Positions 9,488-19,387 of a stretch of DNA of 64,000 nt are shown here, piece by piece. A program made the translations under genes and the position numbers. Origin of the DNA: a bacterium (lineage in GTDB: Bacteria; UBA8248). Positions within the stretch are counted from its first letter, which is position 1. The number at the start of each line of letters is the position of its first letter. The notes under the pieces were generated by a model, which made no database searches, was not told where the DNA came from, and saw only the letters and a program-made list of their open reading frames with translations. The DNA lies in the NCBI GenBank assembly GCA_965203325.1, contig OZ241875.1, forward strand, positions 2,624,001 to 2,688,000. Direction: 5' to 3'.

Positions 9488-9668
9488 AAAAGGCCCTTTT
9501 CATGGGGTAGCACCCCTCTCGACTGGAAAGGCAACCCCCCCTACCCCCCCTTGTCAGGGGGGCAAGAAAAAGCAAAACCCCTCAGCCCGGTGGGGGAGCA
9601 TCGCCTTTTTATACCCCCTGACAAGGGGGGGTAGGGGGGGTTGCCTTTATGGGGTTTCCCTTTCAGGG
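9479..9668. repeat. Long inverted-repeat element (CCCCCTACCCCCCCTTGTCAGGGG ... CCCCTGACAAGGGGGGGTAGGGGG family)
   Basis: ~30-bp arms around a ~50-bp spacer between convergent genes; related copies at ~18845, ~25485, ~48265, ~52000 and ~52281. Confidence 0.85.
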
Positions 9669-9704
9669 AGTTGCCATCCTCCCCGGCGCCGCCTGTTTCC
9701 CGCT

Positions 9705-10709
9705 CTAGTCGATTTCCACAATCACGTTGCCCACCGCCTCACCCGCTTCCACGGCCTCGTGCGCGCTGGCGAGTTCATCGAGCGGAAAGCACTCGGCGAT
9801 GTGGTGTGTGAGCGCGCCTGCGTCCAGGGCGCGGGTGATATCCGCCGCCGCATGGAGCAGGGCCTCCGGCGGACAGCAGTGGACCATCACGAGGCGGATG
9901 GTGATGTTGTTCAGCATGAGTTCGTAATGGGGAAAGGGGGGATTGCGATCCCCCATGGAGGAATAGGAGGCGATGACCCCGCCGATTTTCAGGATCTTGT
10001 AGTTCGTCTCCCAGTTCACGCCCAGGTTCACGTCCACCACGCGGTCCACGCCCGCGCCGCCCGTGATCTCCAATATCCTTTCGGCGACGTCCTCTTCACG
10101 GTAGTTGATGACGTGCTCGGCTGCCGCCGCGCGCGCCGCCTTGGCCGCCGAACTCACCGTGGCGATGACTTCCGCTCCCGCCCATTTGGCCAGTTGCACC
10201 CCGTAGACGCCCACGCGGCCCGCACCGCCCGTCACCAGCACCGTCTTGCCGTCGATGGGGCCGTCCGCGAACAGGCAGCGGTGGGCCGTCATGGCGGGAA
10301 TGCCGAGGCACGCGCCCTCTGCGAAGGTGGTTCCCTCAGGCAGACGCACCAGAAACTTCTCCGGCAGGCAGACGTATTGCGCCGAGGTGCCGAACGCGCG
10401 TTTGTAGCGCGCGTTGTAGACCCATACGCGGTCGCCGGCTTCATGGCCGACAGCGCCCGGTCCGATCTCCTCCACGACGCCCGCGCCGTCGTTGTGGGGG
10501 ATGATTCGCGGGAAATCGGGGAAATGATCGAAATAGCCCCAATCCTCGGCCCCAAGGCCCCCGCGGCGCTTGCAATCCGTGGGATTCACGCCCGAGGCAT
10601 GGAGCCGCACCCTTATTTCCCCGGGACCGGGTTCGGGCGTCGCCGTCTCGCCGACTTCGACCACCTCGCGCGGCGCGCCCTTGCGCTCGTACCAGCCCGC
10701 TCGCATCAC
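9705..10709 (-). CDS. NADPH:quinone oxidoreductase (zeta-crystallin/MDR family)
   Basis: GVNPTDCKRR, IPHNDGAG, GIPAMTAHR, VLVTGGAGRVG. Confidence 0.9.
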   Translation of the reverse strand: MMRAGWYERKGAPREVVEVGETATPEPGPGEIRVRLHASGVNPTDCKRRGGLGAEDWGYFDHFPDFPRIIPHNDGAGVVEEIGPGAVGHEAGDRVWVYNARYKRAFGTSAQYVCLPEKFLVRLPEGTTFAEGACLGIPAMTAHRCLFADGPIDGKTVLVTGGAGRVGVYGVQLAKWAGAEVIATVSSAAKAARAAAAEHVINYREEDVAERILEITGGAGVDRVVDVNLGVNWETNYKILKIGGVIASYSSMGDRNPPFPHYELMLNNITIRLVMVHCCPPEALLHAAADITRALDAGALTHHIAECFPLDELASAHEAVEAGEAVGNVIVEID

Positions 10710-10730
10710 TTGCGCTCTCCTTTGCCTGCC

Positions 10731-11159
10731 TTACCCGTGGGTGAACGAAACGCCCAGGTAGACGACGATGAGGGCGAGGATGAGGTTGAAGAGAAGCCAC
10801 GTCTTGCGCTGCGCTTTCATCCCGTCAAAGCCTTTCGGGATGGTGAGCGCTACGCCCACGAAGATGATAACGAGCGCCAGGACGATTTTCACGATCAGCG
10901 ATCCCGGAATGACGAGGCCGCTGCGCACGAGGCGGGTTAAGTGGTGAAGCCCCGTCAGCAACAGGATCAGGAACGAGCCGTGGAGAATCGGGATGAACCG
11001 TTTCTGGATTTTCGCCATGAACGGCCCGCGCTCCGCTTCGGGCAAATCCGCCGCCGTGGGTATGACCACGAAACGAAGAAAAGCCACGCCGCCGACCGCA
11101 AGTATCGCGCTCAGGACATGAAGGGTCGTGATGATGATGCTTCCCGTGCTGTATCCCAT
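10731..11159 (-). CDS. Small 4-TM membrane protein (CopD/DUF4149-like)
   Basis: LHVLSAILAVGGVAFLRFVVIP...LLLTG...KIVLAL pattern; start MGYSTG inferred. Confidence 0.65.
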   Translation of the reverse strand: MGYSTGSIIITTLHVLSAILAVGGVAFLRFVVIPTAADLPEAERGPFMAKIQKRFIPILHGSFLILLLTGLHHLTRLVRSGLVIPGSLIVKIVLALVIIFVGVALTIPKGFDGMKAQRKTWLLFNLILALIVVYLGVSFTHG

Positions 11160-11197
11160 AAGACGCACTCCCGTGGATGATGAGGAAATTCTTTTCC

Positions 11198-12418
11198 TTA
11201 AGCCGTGTCCTCTCCCAGCAGAACGAGGACGCCGGAATACTGGTGGAGATGGTCGATTTTGCCGATGGGCGCAATCTCGGAACCCGTGAAGAACCCCGCG
11301 ACGGGCAGCCCGCCCATCTTCTCTCTGATCGCTTCGGCGTCCACCTCCATCTCCCCGTAGAGGGAACTGCCCCGGCCCGCGCAATTGAAGTAAAGGCCGA
11401 ACGCGCTTGCGTCTGAATCCTCTGAAGCGCCGAAACGGCGCGCGCCTTTTTCCAACATGGCGCGGAGGTCGTCGCGCGCGCGCGACCCGTCCCGCTTGGC
11501 GAAGGTGATGGCCTGGCCGGTCTTGACCGGCGTCGGCAGCGCGATGACGCCGCGCTCCTCGTCCGCGCCCACGATGGGCCGCACGATGTACTCGCCGTGG
11601 TCGAGGGTGACCTTGTCCGGGTCCCCCGGAATGCCGATGAACAGGTTCATGGCGGCGAAGCGGATGTTCTCCATCCATTCGGGGCCCGCCGCCTCGGCGT
11701 AGGCGTCATACGCGCGTTCGCCCGAAATCTCCCAGACCACGTTCTCCTCCGCCCGGGTGATGAGCCGGGGCTCGCCCACCGGCAGATAGGCCTGGGATAT
11801 CCCGATGAACCGCCTGGGCGCGCCCGCGAATACGACGCCCGAGACGGCGTTTGTCTGCACCTGCCCGTCGAGGAACTGGAAGGTTCTCCCCGCAGAACCG
11901 TCCTCCGCGGCGCCGCCTCCCACGATGATGGCCTCATCCCCGAGTTCCTCGTGAATCCCCTCGAAAAGCGCGTCGGCCTGGAGGTGATAGCTGTCGGGCA
12001 TGATGACGACCAGGGGCGGGTTCCCGCGGGCGAGCGCGTCGCCCAGTTCTTTTTTCGCCGCCCGGCCGATGGCGCGTCCGCATTCCGCCGGTGTGTCGGA
12101 GAGGCCCTCGACGAGAAACGGCGCTGCGGGCGGGGCGTCGCCGCCGACCGCCAGGACCGAGATTCCCGGCGTCCGCTCGATTTCGCCCTGCGCCGTCATG
12201 ACGCCGAAGCCGGTGCAGCCCACGACCCGCGCGCCGCCCGTTCCCTCGGCGACGGCGGCGACCACCTCGGGCCATCGTTGCAGATGCCCCGGCGTCGCGA
12301 ACAGGAAGACGAGAGAAGCCGCGTCGAGCTTTGCCTCCGCCATGGCCTCTTCTATCGCCTCTTGCGCGGCAGCGGCGGAGTCTGCGTTCGCGGAAAGGCC
12401 GCTGCCCGCGCGCGTCAT
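11198..12418 (-). CDS. FIST domain signal-transduction protein
   Basis: VVGCTGFG, IVGGGAAE, SQAYLPVG, YFNCAGRG, VAGFFTGSEIAP. Confidence 0.88.
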   Translation of the reverse strand: MTRAGSGLSANADSAAAAQEAIEEAMAEAKLDAASLVFLFATPGHLQRWPEVVAAVAEGTGGARVVGCTGFGVMTAQGEIERTPGISVLAVGGDAPPAAPFLVEGLSDTPAECGRAIGRAAKKELGDALARGNPPLVVIMPDSYHLQADALFEGIHEELGDEAIIVGGGAAEDGSAGRTFQFLDGQVQTNAVSGVVFAGAPRRFIGISQAYLPVGEPRLITRAEENVVWEISGERAYDAYAEAAGPEWMENIRFAAMNLFIGIPGDPDKVTLDHGEYIVRPIVGADEERGVIALPTPVKTGQAITFAKRDGSRARDDLRAMLEKGARRFGASEDSDASAFGLYFNCAGRGSSLYGEMEVDAEAIREKMGGLPVAGFFTGSEIAPIGKIDHLHQYSGVLVLLGEDTA

Positions 12419-13110
12419 GGAGATTCCTCGCGCGTGAGCGCGCCGGGCGTCCCGTTCGTGATGAGTTTCGGTTCGCTCACCGCCTGTACGTCTTCGATGG
12501 CGAGGCCTTCGGCCACTTCTCTTAAAAGAGGGCCGTCCGGCGTGAACTCGATGAACGCGATGTCGGTGAACAGCTTGGTGACCACCCGCCGCGCGGTGAG
12601 GGGATAGCTGCAATCTTCCAGGAGCTTCAGGCCGCCGTCCTTCATGGTGTGGGTCATGATGGCGTAGACCTCGCGCGCGCCCGCCGCCAGGTCCATCGCG
12701 CCGCCGATGCCGCCCTTGCCCAGCCCCGGCACCGTCCAGTTGGCGAGGTCGCCGCGGGCGGAAACCTGCAGCGCGCCCATGACGGCGATGTCGATGTGGC
12801 CGCCGCGTATCATGGCGAAGGCGTCGGCGTGACCGAACACCGATGCGCCCGGAAGCGTGGTGATGGGTTCGCGCGACGCGTTGATGTAGTCCTTGTCCTC
12901 CTGGCCCTCCTCCGGCCTGGGACCCGCGCCGATGATTCCGTTTTCGGCCATGAACAACACGCCGCGCTCCGCTTCCACGTAATTGCCCACCAGCGTGGGG
13001 ATGCCGATGCCCAGGTTCACCACCGCGCCGTCTGGCAGTTCCGCCGCCACGCGACGGGCGATGTCGGCCGGCTCGAGAGCGCAGCTTTCAAGTTTCGGAT
13101 CGGAGGTCAA
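12415..13110 (-). CDS. 3-oxoacid CoA-transferase subunit B
   Basis: VNLGIGIPTLV, AENG (catalytic Glu), GGHIDIAVMGALQV, GGAMDL. Confidence 0.92.
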   Translation of the reverse strand: MTSDPKLESCALEPADIARRVAAELPDGAVVNLGIGIPTLVGNYVEAERGVLFMAENGIIGAGPRPEEGQEDKDYINASREPITTLPGASVFGHADAFAMIRGGHIDIAVMGALQVSARGDLANWTVPGLGKGGIGGAMDLAAGAREVYAIMTHTMKDGGLKLLEDCSYPLTARRVVTKLFTDIAFIEFTPDGPLLREVAEGLAIEDVQAVSEPKLITNGTPGALTREESP

Positions 13111-13777
13111 GGTCTTCTCCTCTGACGACTCTTTGCACGTATATCGAGGGCGTGTGCACGCTCTCGGGCGCGATGACGCCGGGTTCCACGATTTCCTCCA
13201 CCTCGGCGATGGTGAGCGGCGCCGCCGTCGCCATGACGGGGTTGAAGTTCGCCGCCGTACCCCGGTAGGTGAGGTTTCCCGTGCGGTCGGCCCGGTGCGC
13301 CTTGATGACGGCCACGTCGCCGGGCAGGGGAAATTCGAGCACGGCTTCTCGTCCGTTGATCGTGCGGGTCTCCTTGCCCTCGGCCGCCTGCGTGCCGACG
13401 CCGGTGGGGGTGAAGAAGGCGGAAACGCCTGCGCCCGCCGCCCGGATCCTCTCGGCCATAGTCCCCTGGGGGAGCTGTTCGAGCTCGATTTTCCCCTCGA
13501 GATACAACTCCCGGAACACGAACGCGCTCCTGTGGAAGGCGTAGCTGCAGATGATTTTCTTCACCTTCCCCTGCCGGAGCAGAACGGCCAGGCCGCGCTC
13601 GCCAAAGCCCGCGTGGTTCGTGACGACGGTCAGGTCGCGTGCGGGGTGATCGGCCATGGCGACCAGGAGGTTTTCCGGGATGCCCGCGCCGCCGAACCCG
13701 CCCAGCAGGATGGTGGCGCCGTCGGGGATGTCGGCGATGGCGGCTCTGGATGATGGGTATACCTTGTCGGAGGCCAA
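13088..13777 (-). CDS. 3-oxoacid CoA-transferase subunit A (start approximate)
   Basis: DGATILLGGFGGAGIPENL, PQGTMAERIRAAGAG, NFNPVMATAA, VHTPSIYV. Confidence 0.92.
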   Translation of the reverse strand: MASDKVYPSSRAAIADIPDGATILLGGFGGAGIPENLLVAMADHPARDLTVVTNHAGFGERGLAVLLRQGKVKKIICSYAFHRSAFVFRELYLEGKIELEQLPQGTMAERIRAAGAGVSAFFTPTGVGTQAAEGKETRTINGREAVLEFPLPGDVAVIKAHRADRTGNLTYRGTAANFNPVMATAAPLTIAEVEEIVEPGVIAPESVHTPSIYVQRVVRGEDLDLRSET

Positions 13778-13958
13778 ATCGTCGTTCTCATGTTGAGGAA
13801 AAGTCCACGGTGCGCCGCTCGGCGCGAATTTCATTCTATTTATGCGGCATCGACCCGAAAAAATCCAGGCGGACCCCGGCTTGCCACCGGCCTTTCAGTG
13901 CCATAGAGTGCGGATTCATTTTTGCCGGGTGTGGTTTTCTTTTTTCGAGGAGTGCGTG

Positions 13959-15554
13959 GTGGCCAGGCAGCCCAGGCGAGCGCCGCAGGCCAAAGAGCAG
14001 GTGAGCAAAGAGAGGGGTATTGCGGGTTTCTATCTCTATTTCTCGGTCTTTCTCTCGGGCGGCTCGATTCTCGTCATGGAGATCGCGGCGGGGCGCGTGC
14101 TCGCCCCCCACTTCGGCAACACGCTCTACACCTGGACCTCGATGATCGGCATCATCCTCGCCGCACTGAGCCTCGGCTATTCCATCGGCGGGAGGCTCGC
14201 GGACCGGAATCCGTCGACCAGGCTGTTTTTCTCCCTCATGCTGGGCGGCGCGGGCCTCGTGGCCCTGGTGCCCGCCCTGCGGGGTATCCTGCTGCCCACG
14301 ATGGAGGAGAGCCTGAGCCTCCAATCGGGGCCGGTGTTCGCCGGTCTCCTGCTCTTCGCCGCTCCGGGTTGCGTGCTCGCCACACTCACCCCCTTCGCGG
14401 TGAAACTCGCAGCAAGGGGAGAGGGGAGCCTGGGAGCGGTGACGGGCAACCTCTTCACCTGGTCCACGGTCGGGAGCATCCTCGGCACGTTCGCGACGGG
14501 CTTCGTCTTCATTCCCTTTTTCGGACTGAACGGCATCTTCCTGACGACGGCGGCGGCGCTCACGCTCACGGCGACGCTGGGGCTCTACCTCAGCGGCGAC
14601 CTCGCCAGATTGTTCTCGAAACGAAAGGCGCGGGCGAACCTGCTTCTCGCGGCGTTCCTCCTGGCCTCGATGGGGACGGGCGCCGCGTGGCTGGGCGTCA
14701 TCCCCGGCGTGGATAAGGATACGGTGTGGGTGCGCGAGAACATGTACCACATGATCCGCATATTCGAGAGGGAAGAGGCGGGCGGCGTGCGGGTGCGCGA
14801 GATGTTTCTGGATCACCAACCCGAAGGGGCGATGGTCCTGGGCGACGACAGAAAGTTCTTCTATGAATACACCCGTTTTCTGGAACTTGGCCCTCTGTTC
14901 GTGCCCCACATGAAGCGCGCGATCTTCATCGGCGGCGGCGCTTTCACGATGCCCAAGGCGCTGCATCTCATGAGGCCGGAGATGTCCATCGAAGTGGCCG
15001 AACTCGACGCGGAAGTCGTCGATGCGGGGCGTAAGTTTTTCAGGCTGGGGAATTTCCCGAAACTGAAAAATCTGGTGGGAGACGGCAGGCGCATTCTGCG
15101 CTCATCGAAAGAAAAATACGATCTCATCGTGGGCGACGCCTACCGGGGCTTGCGGAACATACCGCCGCATCTGGTCACGAAGGAGTTTTTCGAGGAAGCG
15201 AGCGAACGCCTCTCACCCGGCGGCGCCTTCATGCTGAACCTCATCGGCTACCGCGCAGGGGCTGGCGGGGCGATATACGCGTCCGTCTACCGGACGATGA
15301 AAAGCGTGTTCCCGGAGATTTTCATTTACAGCACCGACCCCGCGAATCCCTACACGGCGCAGAACATTCTGTTCTTCGCGTTCCGGGACGAGGACCCGGG
15401 CCGTTTCCGCCGCGTGAGCGAGGCGATGCGCCGGGAGCCCGGGTTCGCGTTCGCCGCCCGCGCGCGCGTCTCGCCGCCGGGCGCGCGCCTCTACGGCCCG
15501 GTTTTGACGGACGACTACAATCCGGTGGAATATCTGATCGAAAGGGGACTTTAA
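13959..15554 (+). CDS. Membrane-fused spermidine-synthase-like SAM-dependent transferase
   Basis: N-terminal TM region (LVMEIAAGRVLAPHFGNT, STVGSILGTFATGF), then FIGGGAFTMP, ELDAEVV, GDGR, YDLIVGDAY, NPV; GAGGAG RBS. Confidence 0.85.
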   Translation: MARQPRRAPQAKEQVSKERGIAGFYLYFSVFLSGGSILVMEIAAGRVLAPHFGNTLYTWTSMIGIILAALSLGYSIGGRLADRNPSTRLFFSLMLGGAGLVALVPALRGILLPTMEESLSLQSGPVFAGLLLFAAPGCVLATLTPFAVKLAARGEGSLGAVTGNLFTWSTVGSILGTFATGFVFIPFFGLNGIFLTTAAALTLTATLGLYLSGDLARLFSKRKARANLLLAAFLLASMGTGAAWLGVIPGVDKDTVWVRENMYHMIRIFEREEAGGVRVREMFLDHQPEGAMVLGDDRKFFYEYTRFLELGPLFVPHMKRAIFIGGGAFTMPKALHLMRPEMSIEVAELDAEVVDAGRKFFRLGNFPKLKNLVGDGRRILRSSKEKYDLIVGDAYRGLRNIPPHLVTKEFFEEASERLSPGGAFMLNLIGYRAGAGGAIYASVYRTMKSVFPEIFIYSTDPANPYTAQNILFFAFRDEDPGRFRRVSEAMRREPGFAFAARARVSPPGARLYGPVLTDDYNPVEYLIERGL

Positions 15555-15615
15555 TACTTGGCGGCCCGGATGTGCTCGACACACCTGCCGCGTATGGAAT
15601 CATGAAGGAGAAGCG

Positions 15616-16677
15616 ATGGCGAAGCACAGCATCGGTTTGATACCGGCGGACGGCATCGGGCCCGAAGTCGTCACACAGGCGGTGCGCGTCCTGCGCGCGC
15701 TGGCGAAGAGCGAGCGCGGCCTCGCGTTTTCTTTTACGAAATACCCTTGGGGGAGCGATTTCTATCACGAGACGGGCCGGATGTGCCCGGAGAATTTCCT
15801 GAACCGCGTGAGAAAACACGACGCGATCCTGCTCGGCGCCGTGGGCCGGCCCGACATTCCCGACCACATCACGCTCAACCAGCTCCTGCTTCCGCTGCGC
15901 CGGGGGTTCGACCTCTACGTCAACATGCGGCCCATCGTCCTGTACGAGGGGCTGGAGTCGCCGCTGCGCGGCTACGAGCCGGGAGACATCGACATGCTCT
16001 TCTTCCGCGAGAATACCGAGGGGGAATACAGCCCCATCGGCGGCAGGCACTACGAGGGGCACCCGTCGCAAATGGCGGCCCAGATAACGGTTTTCACGCG
16101 CATGGGCTGTGAGCGCATCATCGAGGCGGCGTTCGAGGCGTCGCTCAAGAGGAAGAAGCACGTCACGAACGTCACAAAATCGAACGCGCAGGGCCACACG
16201 CTGGTGATGTGGGATGAGATTTTCGAGGAAGTCGCGGCCAGACCCCGCTACAGGAAAGTCGAGACGGCGAAGTATCTCGTCGACGCCGCCGCCTTGGAGT
16301 TCGTGAGGAGGCCCGAGCATTTCGACGTCGTGGTGTCCACGAACCTCTTCGGCGACATCCTGACGGACCTGGGCGCCGCCATCGTCGGCGGGCTGGGGGT
16401 CGCCGCGAGCGCCAACACGAATCCCGCCGGCGACGCGCCCGGCCTGTTCGAGCCCGTGCACGGCTCGGCGCCCGACATCATGGGCAAGGGAATCGCCAAC
16501 CCGGTGGCGGCGCTCATTTCCGCCGCCCTGATGCTCGATTACCTGGGCGAGGAGCGCGCGGCGAAGCGGCTCGACGACGCGGTCCGCGCGCATCTGGCTC
16601 ACGGGAACCGGACGGCGGACTTAGGGGGAACCGGGACGACGCGCTCCGTCGCCACCGACGTCATCAAGAGACTCTAG
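15616..16677 (+). CDS. Tartrate/3-isopropylmalate dehydrogenase family protein
   Basis: ADGIGPEV, RENTEGEY, TKSNA, NLFGDILTDL, FEPVHGSAPDIMGKGIANP. Confidence 0.9.
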   Translation: MAKHSIGLIPADGIGPEVVTQAVRVLRALAKSERGLAFSFTKYPWGSDFYHETGRMCPENFLNRVRKHDAILLGAVGRPDIPDHITLNQLLLPLRRGFDLYVNMRPIVLYEGLESPLRGYEPGDIDMLFFRENTEGEYSPIGGRHYEGHPSQMAAQITVFTRMGCERIIEAAFEASLKRKKHVTNVTKSNAQGHTLVMWDEIFEEVAARPRYRKVETAKYLVDAAALEFVRRPEHFDVVVSTNLFGDILTDLGAAIVGGLGVAASANTNPAGDAPGLFEPVHGSAPDIMGKGIANPVAALISAALMLDYLGEERAAKRLDDAVRAHLAHGNRTADLGGTGTTRSVATDVIKRL

Positions 16678-16694
16678 CCTGGAGGAGTGACGCG

Positions 16695-17222
16695 ATGTCC
16701 ATCGTCACGAGGAGGGGAGACGACGGGAACACCGATTTGTGGTTCGCCGACAGGGTTCCCAAGTATCATCCCCAGGTGCAGGCCTACGGCGCGCTCGATG
16801 AGGCGAAGGCGGCGCTCGGCCTCGCCCGCTCGACCGCGCCCGAGTGGCTGAAGCCCGAAATCCTCAAAATCCAGAAAGACCTCTACCTCGTGAGCAGCGA
16901 CCTGGCGACGCTGCGGGGCAAGCTCGGCAGGCTCAAAGAGCGCGTGGGCGCAGAGCAGGTCGCGTGGGCCGATGCGCAGGTGGCGCGCTATGAAAAGGAG
17001 ATTCAGATCACCGACTGGGTCATCTCGGGCGACTCGCCCTGCGGCGCCGCGCTGGACATGGCGCTCACCATCATCCGCCGTGGCGAGCGATGGTCGGTGA
17101 AGCTGCGGGACGAAGGCTACATCGACAACCCCGACCTGCTTGTATATCTCAACCGCGTCTCCGACCTCCTCTTCCTGATGGCGCGCGCGGTGGACAGGGG
17201 AGTCGAAGTTCCCGCTGATTAG
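16695..17222 (+). CDS. pduO: ATP:cob(I)alamin adenosyltransferase, PduO type
   Basis: TRRGDDGNT, YGALDE, IRRGER, YLNRVSDLLFLMAR. Confidence 0.88.
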   Translation: MSIVTRRGDDGNTDLWFADRVPKYHPQVQAYGALDEAKAALGLARSTAPEWLKPEILKIQKDLYLVSSDLATLRGKLGRLKERVGAEQVAWADAQVARYEKEIQITDWVISGDSPCGAALDMALTIIRRGERWSVKLRDEGYIDNPDLLVYLNRVSDLLFLMARAVDRGVEVPAD

Positions 17223-17285
17223 ATTCGAAAAACGCGAAACGCTCTACGGGTTTATTCAGCCTTCGTGCTCTGTCTGTAGGACGCT

Positions 17286-18011
17286 ATGCCCCAAAACCAA
17301 TCGTTATCTCCTCAACGCCTCGATGATGTGAAGCGGTTTTACGCTTCTCTCTTTACTCTTGAAGAACGTCTCGGAGGAGCGCGGCGATTGTCCGGTTGCT
17401 CCGGTCGAATGAAATGGCCGAAGCGCGGAATATATTTTTTTATGGAGGAGGGTGAAGTCCGCACCGAAACCGGGGATGGCCCTCGCATCGTGCGGGTCGG
17501 CACACATGCCCTGAAAGCCGGTTCCAAAACCAAACTATGGTCGCGCCTGAAACAGCATAAAGGCACAGTTCGATCCGGCGGCGGCAATCACCGGGGGTCG
17601 ATCTTCAGACTCATCGTGGGAGCGGCCCTGATGCAGAGAGATCGTCTCGATTTTCCCTTCTGGGGCAAGGGCGGCACGGCGCCGCGTGAAGTGAGAAAAC
17701 TCGAACAACCCTTGGAAAGAAAAGTAAGCACGATGATCGGCGACATGCCCTTTCTCTGGCTCGACATCGAGGACGAGCCGGGACCCGACAGCCTGCGCGG
17801 ATACATCGAGCGAAACGCAATCGCCCTGTTGAGCAACTATGGCAAGCATCCCATCGATCCGCCTTCCGCGTCATGGCTCGGCCGTCGTTGCGACAGGGAA
17901 AAAGTGCGGATTTCCGGCCTCTGGAACTCGAACCACGTCGATCAAGACTACGCCCCGGCTTTTCTCGACGTTCTGGAGCGCCTGATCGATGAAATGGAGA
18001 TACCCGCATGA
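17286..18011 (+). CDS. GIY-YIG-like putative nuclease
   Basis: RGIYFF...IVRVG...LWSRLKQH...YIERNAI...GLWN follows the GIY-YIG residue order (Y, G, R, H, E, N). Confidence 0.6.
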   Translation: MPQNQSLSPQRLDDVKRFYASLFTLEERLGGARRLSGCSGRMKWPKRGIYFFMEEGEVRTETGDGPRIVRVGTHALKAGSKTKLWSRLKQHKGTVRSGGGNHRGSIFRLIVGAALMQRDRLDFPFWGKGGTAPREVRKLEQPLERKVSTMIGDMPFLWLDIEDEPGPDSLRGYIERNAIALLSNYGKHPIDPPSASWLGRRCDREKVRISGLWNSNHVDQDYAPAFLDVLERLIDEMEIPA

Positions 18012-18661
18012 TCGTCGTCATCCAATGCGCTGCCCGGAAAAATCCCGAAGCCGGGTATTTGCGCATCCGCGACGGACGAAAGGTGATGTTCGTCGCCGAC
18101 CCCGGCCTCGCGACCAACGACTCAAATCTCTCTTTTGCGCGACCGGATGATGTTTCCGACACCGGGAGGCCGTGGCGAACCACCCTCCGTGAATACAATG
18201 CCGAGCCTCGCGGCAACCCGCGCGGCCTTCTTCCCGCCTGGCGGCTTTATGAAAACCCGGTCTACGAACTCTTGAAGAACCATTGCGGGCCGGAGCGACT
18301 CTATATCCTCTCCGCGGGGTGGGGCCTGATTCCGGCCGGTTTCCTGACGCCCGCTTATGACATCACCTTCAGCCCCAGAGCTGACGCGTACAAACGCAGA
18401 CGCAAGAAAGATTCGTATGACGATTTCAACATGCTGCAAGAACAAACAGAGGAAGACATCGTGTTCTTCGGCGGCAAGGACTATGCGGGCCTGTTTTGCG
18501 GGTTGACGCAGAACGTCAAAGGGACGCGATACATCTGGTTCAATTCCAAAAGCCCGCCCAAAGCGACTGGCTGCACGCTTCGGCAGTTCCATACGAAGAC
18601 CAGAACCAACTGGCATTACGAGTGCGCCAAAGCCTTCATCGAAGGAAATATCCAGGTTTAG
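18008..18661 (+). CDS. DUF6884/YaaA-like protein
   Basis: IVVIQCAARK...PAWRLY...LYILSAGWGLIP...PAYDITF...FFGGKDY; ATGA overlap with upstream gene. Confidence 0.6.
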   Translation: MIVVIQCAARKNPEAGYLRIRDGRKVMFVADPGLATNDSNLSFARPDDVSDTGRPWRTTLREYNAEPRGNPRGLLPAWRLYENPVYELLKNHCGPERLYILSAGWGLIPAGFLTPAYDITFSPRADAYKRRRKKDSYDDFNMLQEQTEEDIVFFGGKDYAGLFCGLTQNVKGTRYIWFNSKSPPKATGCTLRQFHTKTRTNWHYECAKAFIEGNIQV

Positions 18662-18681
18662 ACGAGGATGCGGACGATTTG

Positions 18682-18808
18682 GCTCACCATCATCCGACGG
18701 GGTGAGCGATGGTCGGTGAAGCTGCGGGACGAGGGCTACATCGACAACCCCGACCTCCTCTTCCTGATGGCGCGCGCGGTGGACCGGGGCGTCGAAGTGC
18801 CCGCATGA
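18682..18808 (+). pseudogene. Displaced duplicate of the pduO 3' end (attachment-site-like remnant)
   Basis: Matches 17063-17215 with synonymous substitutions and a 30-bp deletion between CCGACCT microrepeats; ends GCA TGA. Confidence 0.85.
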
Positions 18809-18810
18809 GC

Positions 18811-19345
18811 GGCCTTTGAAAAAGCCCTCTCCTCAGGGGATAAAGGCAACCCCCCCTACCCCCCCTTGTCAGGGGGGCAAGAAAAAACAAAACCCCCGCT
18901 GTCGGCGTCTGGTGTTGCCTTTTTATACCCCCCTGACAAGGGGGGGTAGGGGGGGTTGGTTTTGTAGGGACAGGCCCCCGTGCCTGTCCGAGGTTCCCAC
19001 GAGGCAGTGCGGTTTTGTTCGTCATCCCGGCAATCAATGCCGACTGAGGAGGGAGGGATTGCCCGGAATCCAGAGACTTTGTTTTTGAATTTGCCTTTTC
19101 GCTTAATCGTTTTTCTTGGCCTTTCTGTGATTCGGTATCCCCGTCTGCTCTGGATTCCGGCATGCGCCGGAATGACGAACCAAGGCGGATGACGTGTGTG
19201 CCTGTAGGGGTCGTTCGCGAACGACCCCTACGATCAGGTTGACGAACAACCAGAACCGGGCGGACACACGGTCAGACATATATGTCTGACCCCTACGGGA
19301 AACCCGTTCCCTGCTTCCGGGGATTTTTCCTACAGCCCCCTGATC
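18811..19345. repeat. Composite REP/MITE-like cluster
   Basis: Long IR element (~18845-18958); GTAG REPs at ~18964, ~19204, ~19271; GTCATCCCGG...GGAATCC / GGATTCCGG...GGAATGAC pair at 19021-19177. Confidence 0.8.
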
Positions 19346-19387
19346 CGCGTTGCAGTTCGTTATCTTTCCAGAAACGTCCGGGAGAAC

